A stretch of DNA of 64,000 bases from Guillardia theta CCMP2712 (taxonomy: Eukaryota > Protista > Cryptophyta): positions 400,005 through 464,004 of the forward strand of contig NW_005434650.1 of assembly GCF_000315625.1 (NCBI RefSeq), written 5' to 3'. Under the pieces are notes generated by a model, which searched no databases, was not told the origin of the DNA, and saw only the letters and a list, made by a program, of their open reading frames with translations. Every line of letters begins with the position of its first letter. Within the stretch, counting starts at the first letter, position 1. Positions 49,101 to 64,000 of this stretch are shown here, piece after piece. The position numbers were made by a program, and so were the translations under genes.

Positions 49101-52100
49101 GAGGCAAGATGCCTGATCGAGAACTCATAGTGAAAGTTAATGGCAGTCTTGCGAAAGGTGTTGGCGACTTTGTTATGCAATTCAAGTGCTGCCTGGATAA
49201 GTTTATGTGCAAATTGTTCATCATTGAGAGCGTCCCCGAAGTTCTTCAAGTGTCCCTTCAAAAAGGTTGAGAAGATAGTCATCAGGGCTTCTGAGCCGGG
49301 GAACCCTATCGCGAAGATCATGAAATGACGCTGCAGTCGAGGGTTCACCACGAAGGATCCACACGTTGGATTCATAGCACACAAGAATTGAACATTCTGA
49401 ATGACTCTCAGCTGCAGCTTCGCCATATCATACCAGTGCTGGTAATCCATGTACTGACGGAGCAGCGAGATGGGATACTGAGTTTCATATGGATCAAGCT
49501 GGGGCATATTCAAATCATCCACAAAGTAGACCAAGCGCATGCTTCCCGGGGGACCATAGTTTCTTCCAGCCTTCTTCTCGAGCGGGGCTTCAAGCATAGA
49601 CCGGAAGCCACTACCATCAGTGTAGTAGTTGAAGTTCATAGTGAGAGACATGAAGTCTTCGCTGAGGCTTCTCAGTTTGCCGTTGATCATGGCGGTCTTG
49701 CCAGCACCAGCAAGCCCGATCAACAGAGCAGGATATCTGAGCTCAACATGCAGATCGAGGAAGAAGGTTATCGACTGAGTCTCGCCAGTGGGTACAGTCA
49801 CAGAGTCCATCGGTACGCTCGATTCGTACACGATTTGTGGCACTACCTGCGCCCATGGGGTGAACTTACTGGTGGCCTTGTCCACAAAAAAGTCATAGAT
49901 CATCCCCTTTGTTGGCAGTTTCACTCGAGTCCATTTCGATTTCCACCAGTTGCTGAAATTTTTTCGCATGTCTATTCCGTCTGTGATTGTGAAACCAGCC
50001 CCGAAGGCCCATATTGCAGCGAAGACAAAGTATGTTTCAATGACGGTAGCCTCGTTCGCCATGTCTTTGGGAACATTCTCACTGGTCAGCAGACCGTCCA
50101 AGACCCTTGTCAATGACTGAACCATATTAAAATCTAAACAGTTGAAATCGGGAAGCATATGACGAAACTCTTTCTTGATTGCAAAGAGAGTGTCAGGAAC
50201 ATAAGTAGAAAATAGCTCCAACAAGAGGCTTTTCCTTTCAGGAGAGTCGTCTTCTCGTTTCATCACCCATGTTTGTATAAAATTGTACCACTGCTTCGTT
50301 TCTGTGATATATAGAACCCCGGCTCTTGATGATGTTGCTGGAGTAGCATATTTGAGATCCCTCAATTCAAAAATCAATCGCATATGAGGCTTCATGACTA
50401 TTCTTTCATTAGATGCAAGTGTCAACAGCTTGTTGTCATCCATCACAGAATTCATCGATTCGATCCAGTTGGCATCCAAATCTCCATCCAAGATAATCCA
50501 TTTTGGATCAGTTCCGGGAGCGTTGGCAGCTTCTCTCAAGAGCATGGAAAATATTCCATCCTTCCATTCTCGAGTCGTCAAATTAATATATCCATAGAAC
50601 TCGGTCGTTTGGATAGCCTTTGGATCTAAATCTTTGATTGTTGTCTTCAATCCGCGTTTACCATTCGCAGCACCCAATATTTTCCAACAGGTTGATTTTC
50701 CTGTTCCTGAAGTTCCCATGATGAATACGCAATGTCGCACAGCCAACAACTCAGACAGTTGAACAGTCTTCAAAACGGCATTTTCCTCTGGCTGATATCC
50801 AACATCTACAAAGCATTCTTCGATCTTCTTTTCGAGATCCCAATCGCGCTGCCGAGGAACATCTTCTCCTGGGAACAAGTCCCCCAACAATCCCATGAAA
50901 ATGATCAAATCGTCACCAACAATCTTGGGAAGATTGAAGTCTCTCAGAGATCGGAACAACAAAGTGATTTCTGACTTCTCTGGCTCATTACGTTTGAAGT
51001 CGCCGGCCACTCTCAAAACACTCTTGATAGCACGTAGACCCCAATCATAATGCATAGCCTTAGACAAGAGATCCTTGCAAAGGGTGTAAAGATTTATGAA
51101 TTTCACCGCAAGAAGCTTTGCTTGCGTGAACCCCTCTGCCATTAGCATGTTTTCGGCGATCAAAGCAAAATCTGGGACAACAACAGTAACTGGACGAAAC
51201 AAAGCCTTCAGCGACTCTGGTAAAGGTGTCCTTCCAAGATACCCAGGATTCATCGTGATGTAGGCACCACACGTGGGGTCAAGTTTCAGTTCAGCTCCTT
51301 CAAGCACAAAGGTCTTTCTTTGGGCTACGATTGCATCCAGGACACTCTTATATTGTGTAGAACAGACCGATAAAACTTCTGCAATGAGGCGGTTGAATTC
51401 ATCGAAGCAACCCCAGGCACCTGATGCACCAAGACCTTTCCAGATGTCTCCCATTGATTTGTAGTCCATCTCTGGAGCGCAATTGAACACATAAATACAC
51501 TTTGCAAGCATTGCACCCAGATCTTTCGTTGTTTCCGTCTTTCCTGTTCCTGCGGGTCCAGCGGGAGCACATCCCATGCAAAGTTTCAAAGCTTGAGTAG
51601 CAGTGACGTAAATTCTATCAGTCAGTGGCGTAATTACCAGCCTGGCTCCATTCCCGATATATTCATATCCGTACTTGAATTCTGCATCAACGATTAAAAC
51701 GAAACAATCCCCTTCACTTTCTCTCCATTCAAAGCGAAGCTGGGACTGCCATTCAAAATGATTTATATCTGTCACATTGAAGTTGACAAGCTTCAAGATA
51801 ATATCTCTTGAATGTGCGTCTAGCGTAATCAGACACATGGTTTTCATTCGGTCCGCTTTGCTCAAGTCCGTTCGAACCAAATCGATCAACGAAGTAAGGC
51901 CCTCAATTTTGGAATCTGCCATTTCTTTCATTGCATTTGGGTTTGTGGAAAGATTATGGAAAGTTTCTCTCATTTTAGTCGTGAAATCTAAAAGACTCAC
52001 TGTCAAAATGATTTGATTGGGAACAGACTTCAACCATTCTCCAACAGAAGATTTAGTGGCAAATGATTGCAAGCTCTGGAACATAATGTCACGCAAGCTT

Positions 52101-55100
52101 TCGGTGAGTCTGTTCTGAATGTCCTGTAGGTAATACTCAACCCTTCCTTCGACTTTCAGAGGTTTTGTGAACTCGATATGCTCTATTCCAACACAAGACT
52201 CCAACCCTGTGGCTGATGGTCTATCTTGCGGACTGGGACCTGGGTTGAGGTCGAGGTGATCCACAGCAGCGATGATCTTCGGCATGTGAAAATTCACTTT
52301 GTCCGGTTGATTTCCTGTGCAGAATCAGTCAGTTCAAACAATCAGTTGCCCTTCAAAGATATACCATTTGACAAAATATCAAGCAAATCAGAGGTTGACA
52401 CAAAGTAAAATCTTGGAAATATTCTCCTCTTCTGTTCAAGATAATTTGCAAGGGATTTCTCGCAAAGCTCTAGTTTGTATTGCGTCTCCTCCAACAACTT
52501 CAGCACTCCATCAACCGTGCATGCTTTAGCAGCAAGCTTGATTTGAGAAAAATCCGCGAGAACCTTCCTTACATCTTTATCAATTCCAGCAAACCTTTCC
52601 GTGTCCTCAGGAAGTTCCTTTTTGACTTCATCTGACCCAATGAAAAGCGTTTCGAGATAAGCCCAGGTCCTTTGAATTTCATTCATGATAGAAACCACAT
52701 CTGAGACTGCTGACAGTGTCTTCTGCCAGCTTGACACAGTCTGTACTTGAGCACCCTGGCAGATTTCTTCATCTTCGAAAGTAGAGAGATAGCGAGACCC
52801 CATCATATTTTGAATTTGCAGTTGATGATCTTCGAGGGTCTCAAAATCTTCCTCTGACAACTTTATCAGCTGCACATCAGTGTCCTTGTGCTGGATGAAA
52901 TTGAACTCAAGCCCAATCCATGTACTACCGATTTTCTTCAGAGCCTGCTCCATCTTTTCCTCCTTTTGAGCTCTGTTTACAATCTCTCCTACATCATCTT
53001 CAAACTTATGCAATTCAAGTCGTAACAAATCATCCAGCTTGAATGCATCGTCAATGACAAATTTGACGCCTGTCAAATCCATGAGCATTTTCCAATGTCT
53101 GTCCCGCATGCTAGGATGTCTCAAATCTGACACGAGGGGGATTGTAGAAAGAAAGTTCTTCACATTCTGTTCACAGACTACGAAACAATCAGTTTGCTTC
53201 ACAAATTTGTCTTGTGATCTCAGCTGTTTAAAAAGTCCTTTTGCTCGTTCTTCCATCGACTCACAATCGATGTCGTTCCAAAGGGTGGTCTTCCACTGGC
53301 CAACCTGATATTCAATCATATCCACCATATGCCACATTTGCACAATTTGCTGCAGCTCAGAATGACATTGGTCTTGCAGTGCTCTGGTTGGCTCCATCAA
53401 TTCAGGGAATTCGAAGATCCTCGCAAAGTTTGAAAGATCGGCAAATTCATCTTCGAGCTTCAACAACTCACTCCTTGTCCGAAAGATGTCTTGATATGCC
53501 TGTCCGACACCAGTCTTGAATTCAAACAATGGCTTCTTTCGGAATTCATATTGGTATGTTTTGACTTTGCTTTCGAAATTCTGAATGTTGTTCTTAATCT
53601 TCAAGGCCTCGCGTTCTTGAACTTTTTTGCCGAGTTCTTTTGCAATCGGAGCTTGCTTTTTCAGATGTCCCCAGTGTTCGACCACTTCAGTCATTTGAGC
53701 TTCACTCTTCTCAACATTGATTCCGTTCTTTGAAATTAGGCCGATTGCATCCTTCAGGACATCAAGCTGAAGCTCAATGTTGGGTTCTTCTTGTTTATAC
53801 TCAAAGATTCTCCCATTCACCTTCAAAAGCAGATCTCTCTGCTTATCTTCTGTTTCTCCAGCATTTGGATCGACATTCAAGTCTGCAAGAGCTGATCTTT
53901 CCCAGTTGAAAAGCCTTTCAAGTTCCTCAACAACTCTTGTCGACATCTTTGCGAAGAAGTTGGACTGCTCTGCGATTCTTCCAAATTCTAACACACGGAC
54001 ATCCTCCAGGTCCTTCTTGCCACTGACGGAAAACAATCGTTTTTGGACGAAGGTAGATATGGGCTTCAATGGTGCCATCGAACCATCTGACGAATAAATG
54101 CACGTCCACTCTTGCGTGTCAGGGTCGAACTGGTACATGTCATCCAGCATCTTGCCTTGTCTGTCGTAACCACCGTAGACAACGATCTTTCCATCGAGGA
54201 CACTAATGATAAAGTCTGATCTAGGCTTCGGGACATCTCCAGAAACTTCACAATTCTCCCACAATATTTGGTCTCCTTTTTCGAAATTCTTGGGATTGTT
54301 TCCTTTGATTGTACCGATAGACATGATGTTCGTGAACATGTTCGTACCATCATCGTGACTTGCGTCACCACCGAACAAGTAGACCTTTCCCTCGAGAAAA
54401 GCAATTCCACTTCCAAGACGTTTGCCTGGTGCTGTCAAAGGAAGATTCATATCCTCCTCAGTCGCTTCGGCTTCACCCTCTTCTGGCTCAGCTTCTTCAT
54501 TTTCTGATTTTGGTGGTTCTTGACCCGTAGGCTCATTCGCATCAGCTTCTGTCTTGGAGTCCTTTGCGTTCGTGTCGTGAGCGTTCTCTGCTCCCGTTTC
54601 CGACTGGTTGTTCGTTGTTGCATCTTCACTTGTTGGTTCTTGGGAGGAGCTGATCCTCTCAATTCCTGAGTTGGAAGATTTGCCAATATGAAGCCAATCC
54701 ATCTTGTTGATGTTCTGTGCTGATAAGATACGGAGGTCATCATTCCTGTTACCTTCTTTGTCAACACCGCCAAACACAAGCACTTTCTTCCCAAGAGGGA
54801 TTAAACATGCAGAATGCTTTGCAGTAATTCCTGGCTTGTCGCCGGCAATGTCTGTAGAAGGAGCCCATTTCCAAGTCCCTTTTTCACATACCAGGACATG
54901 GACTGAGTTGAAGTCAGCAGGAGGCTGAGTCTCAGGATCGGCGTCCTCGGGTGCAGGTTTTTGCCCTCCGAAAACAAGCATTTTCTCGTTGTCTAGAGTA
55001 GTGAAGGAATGAAACATACGGTCATCAGGAGCTTTCCCTTCGATTTCGGGAATTTCCCACTTGAGTTGCTCCGAATCAAAGATATTCACCGATGAGCTTC

Positions 55101-57276
55101 CGCCATAGTAAACAATCTTTTTCATCAGCGTGGTAGCTTGCATGCCCTGACTGTATCTTGGCGGTTGACCTTGCACTTTACACTTGACCCATGGATTCTC
55201 GAAATATGACTTCCAAGGAGATCCTCGGATAGGAATGATACTTCCTTGTACAGGATCATCGTAGGCTACTTCTATTTCGACTCCTCCCTGTCCTGGTGGG
55301 ATATAAGAGACGTCGTATGTGCCATCCTTGTTATCAACCAGCTTTGTCTTGAGTTTGATCTCTCCATATCTTACTTTGACCTTCCAATACTCCGCCTCTC
55401 CACCAGATGATCGATTTCGACCAGTGGTGTCCTTGGCTTGTATCTTGAAGACAGCAGGGAAGCCCCACATTCCTCCCTTATCAAAGATGCCAGGACCATA
55501 TGCAATACACTTCTGTGGTTTCGTGTTGACGTAGTATGTCCATTTCACGCGGTTGACAGTGAATCCTTCTCCACCAATTGAAACTCTGACGAAGACTTCT
55601 CCTGGTCCGAATTTGCTCCAGTCTGGCGATAAGCATCGAAGCTGTGTAGGAGATATGAATTCAGTCTTTTCAGAAATTTCTTCATTTCTCCCATCCGTGA
55701 ATTTGATCGTGATCTTTCCCTTGGAGAAATCAAGTCCATGTACGATCACCTCTGTTTTTCCTGTGATAGGACCTTCATCTGGTTCTAAACGTTGAACCGC
55801 GTATGGGGGGCCAACAATTCCGGAAACGTCAAGTGTAAAGAAGTCGTCAAGCCAATCATTGGACCACCCTCCGAACATAAGAATCTTAGCCGTCTTTGGG
55901 TCAAAGGCCCAAGCTGCATCCTCTCTAGCATTCGGACCAACTCCTTGCACCTGTGATTACGTGTATTAGCTGGGTCATGATCTTGTACCCGGTAACTTGA
56001 AATAAAGAGCTTACCACTCCTTGCGAGGACAACCATGTCATTGACTTGCAGTCTAAAACATCAACCTTCGATCGATAAGACCAATCAGTCCCTGAAACAA
56101 CATCATTCAGTCTGATTTTCGACATGTTTTGGGGCTCACGATTTTTTTCATGTGAAGTTTGACCTCCGAAAACGAACAGGTAGTAGCTTGGTACTGATTG
56201 CACTCCTTCAGCAAGATGGCTGCATAAGCGTGTAGGAGCGGTCGGATTTGCGAGGTTTCCTGAAAAGATGTATTTGAGTTTACCTCACAAACAAAGTACA
56301 TGCATACGTATTTGAGTCCAAGTAAACGTTGCCGTGCAGAAAATGTGAGTATCATCAAAGTACTGATTCGAGTCTCTCCCTCCAGTGACAATCAGGAATG
56401 TCTTTTCAATCACATTCGTGGTATGATTGCATCTTGGTGAGGGCAGACTGCCTTCAGTTTTGATGCCACCTGCAGGTGGTTTAGAATCAATCTTGGTTTG
56501 ATACGATGAAAACCTTCTCGTTCTACAGAGATTCCATTCTCCTCTCCTAGCCAAGTCCTTGTCTCGATATCAAAAATGTGCATATCGTTGAAATGCTGTC
56601 TCCTCTCTCCATGACCACCATACCCCCCAAACACCTATCGAAGGATTTAGGAATATATTTTCATGAACAAAGCAAAACTTCACGTATATTCGTTTGTTGC
56701 AAAGGGATGCAGTATGGTACGACCTTGGGCTTGGAGGAATTCCATTCGATGAGACATCAGACCAAATTGGTGTTTCAGGTTCCAGATCAAGTATGAAGCT
56801 ATCATTCAATCTACATTTTTCTCCAATTCCACCGAAAACGAAGAGTTCGGTATCACTTGGTTTGGAAATCATGAGTTCCATTACACAGCGATGGTAAAAG
56901 GTACCTGATGGTGTTACCCGTATGTCTCCATCGTGGTGGAGGGATGCTTCGATCCTCAGGGTCTAACTTCAACCACTTGTACTCATTCGATGACAATTCA
57001 ATGCAATAAGCTTCATTGAGTATCGTTGGCTTATCATCCTGCTCTGTGCAGCCTCCAAAAACGATTGCTCGCCGACCAACGATATTCAGAGAGTGGCCGC
57101 TGATCAGCACATCTCAGTATTCTCTGGTGGGATCGCACTCAACTTACCTCCTCCCTGTGGGTCGTTCGCCTGACTGTTCAGGGGCCTCCCACAGACAGGT
57201 TCCTTGCTCCTGTGGAAGAGATACAGCAGGTCAAGATTAGGTTCAATGCGGAATAGAATGAACTCACGCAAACCAT
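43163..57276 (-). CDS. Axonemal outer-arm dynein heavy chain, alpha (kelch-tail) type
   Basis: Kelch repeats (IVFGG, LFVFGG, PRSYHT), IPT/TIG (LEPDEGPITGKTEVIVHG), filamin-like (VDNKDGTYDVSYIP), AAA P-loops GPAGTGKT, GTSGTGKS, GLAGAGKT, GVGGSGKQS; C-terminus WVLAGVGILLQID*. Confidence 0.97.
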
Positions 57277-57707
57277 GGAAGCTTGTTAATCAGTCGAGAT
57301 GAACCAGATCATATCTGTACAGAGAAATTTCATTCACCCTACTTCGCCAACAATGGACAAAATGTTGAAGTACTTGTGCTATCTAAGCTCTACAGCTCGC
57401 CTTCTACAGAGATTCAAGGCATTTCCCTCATTTGCAATTAGGGTTACACCGGCACAGTTACTTTTCCATCTTGTCTGCTAACAGCAACCCACCTGTTTTT
57501 CATCTTACCCATTACCATGGTTTCAAACCTACAGCTTGAAGGGCAATCTGATCTCTATGCATCACAATCGCTTGCAAGACATCAGCAAATTCTGTCTAAC
57601 CTCAATCCTGTGCATTGTTGACATCTATCTCTTGCTCGCATCTCCCTTTTTCATCTTCCCGCGCATGTCTCGTTTGCATTGCGGACTCCTTCTGCCTCGG
57701 CGGTTGG

Positions 57708-58830
57708 GCACTACCCCTACCCTATTTCAAAACAAGTGCTCATAACCTACCCTCGAGCGGGTTCCACCACTCCGACACTCCACCCACCCTCTGCTTTGCT
57801 CAGAAAGGCTGACGATCGGACCACCAGCATTCATTCACCCCCACCCCTCTGAAACTTTGCAACTCATACCCTACCCCCTTCGGGTCCCTCAACGGGACAA
57901 GTAGGCCCGGGACTACATTCATTAGGCTGCCCCCGGCGGCGGCCCGGCGGCGAGTCCCGGCTGAGTCCTGGGCCGCATGCCAGGGCCGGCCGGGCCGGTT
58001 TAGTCTGTTTACCGGGAGTCGACTATCAAATAAAAAGAAGTTGAAAGTGACACCGTCGGATTCAGCACGATTGCCATCATACTCTCACTGAGGCTCCTGG
58101 CACACGGCCGGGCCCATAACACTTGCCCCGGGGCTGCCTTTGACGCCGGGAGGCACAAGTTTGAAAGTTTGTTCAACTTGTTAGAGTTGTACTATGCCAA
58201 AGTCACGCAGATATCACATCGACCCGGCTTAGTTGTAACAACACAGTTTTTGCTCAAGACCGAGTTTAATGCACACAAAACCAGAATTGAGGAGCACATG
58301 AGAGATCAGAGACTGTATGCTAGGATGTAAAACCCAAGCATCCAGACATGAGAGGACCTTACTGAGAAAGACGGCTAGGAAAGCGTTTTTGTCACTCGGC
58401 GCTATCTGACTGGCACTGCTGGCATACGATCCATCAGCCTTCGGGAGTCCGGGCTCTGTGCCGCCGCCATACGGAGCCTAGTATACCGTACACTCCGACT
58501 CAGTGACTCGCTGCCACCGTCACCGCCGATCGGATCATGTCACTGAGTCATGAACTTCATCCGCTGATCGCCCGCCGGGCCGCGGGCCCGCCGGGACAGG
58601 TGCTTGAAGTCCTGACCTTATATCCCCCCACCCCACCCATCTATTCCAGTAAGGAAAATTTCGTATTTCAGTACCCCCCCTTTCTAATACTTTATTTGGA
58701 ATTCCTGGGGTGGGTATTGATTTCCCTTCACCCTTTGTTTCGGATGCCTGGCTTACACTACCCCCTCAAATTCTATCACGTACCCCACCCCACCCATCGT
58801 AGCTTGTTGTACACCCCAACCTTACACCTC
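57708..58830. other. GC-rich palindromic intergenic island 3 with CCCTACCCC-type flanks on both sides
   Basis: C-tracts 57708-57890 and 58620-58830; CCGG/GGCC, GAGTC/GACTC and GATCGG words between. Confidence 0.65.
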
Positions 58831-58841
58831 ACGTCGCCGTC

Positions 58842-63800
<4,959 letters not shown>

Positions 63801-64000
63801 AGTCCTTGATGCCATGACGCGCTGTATGAGATGAAGAGACGAGAATTACTCGGCTTGACTTGTCAGAGTCCCTACCACTTTCTCCTTCACTCTTTCATTC
63901 ACGTAAATCTCAAACAACACGAAGACCTGATTGCCGTTGCGCTTCCAAACTCCTCCCATCTCCTCCCCTGTCCAATCTCTCTCACTTCACACACATGTTC

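Noticed and set aside
45662-55795. Plus-strand ORFs opposite dynein
   Set aside because: Antisense shadows of long coding exons.

Overview
Eukaryotic nuclear DNA: gene-dense, many ~45-60 nt spliceosomal introns (several GC-AG), simple-repeat-laden introns, one 100-N gap. Bipartite signal+transit N-termini, a flagellar dynein and the intron style suggest a secondary-plastid flagellate, most likely a cryptophyte such as Guillardia theta (inference). Host-type genes: VPV-repeat+PDZ protein, signal-peptide F-box protein, SWEET, OAC1-like mitochondrial carrier, SPRY-like protein, C1orf52-like protein, PDZ+HAT (HCF107/Mbb1-like) protein, PAS-like protein, aldo-keto reductase, Tim8-like, MSI4-like WD40, MATE, kelch-type outer-arm dynein heavy chain and phosphoglucomutase. 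Main oddities: (1) an ~8.4 kb recently rearranged cassette (5562-13983) in which an intronless PDZ-like/TFIIB-like fusion gene lies in two near-identical 1634-bp inverted arms plus a third broken copy, flanking a putative restriction-endonuclease-fold gene and gene debris; (2) a ubiquitin-tail-like LRGG motif, visible only after splicing, ending the presequences of predicted periplastid-targeted proteins; (3) three palindrome-rich GC islands with GGGGTAGGG/CCCTACCCC-type flanks between divergent genes. Gene boundaries were spliced by eye and are approximate.
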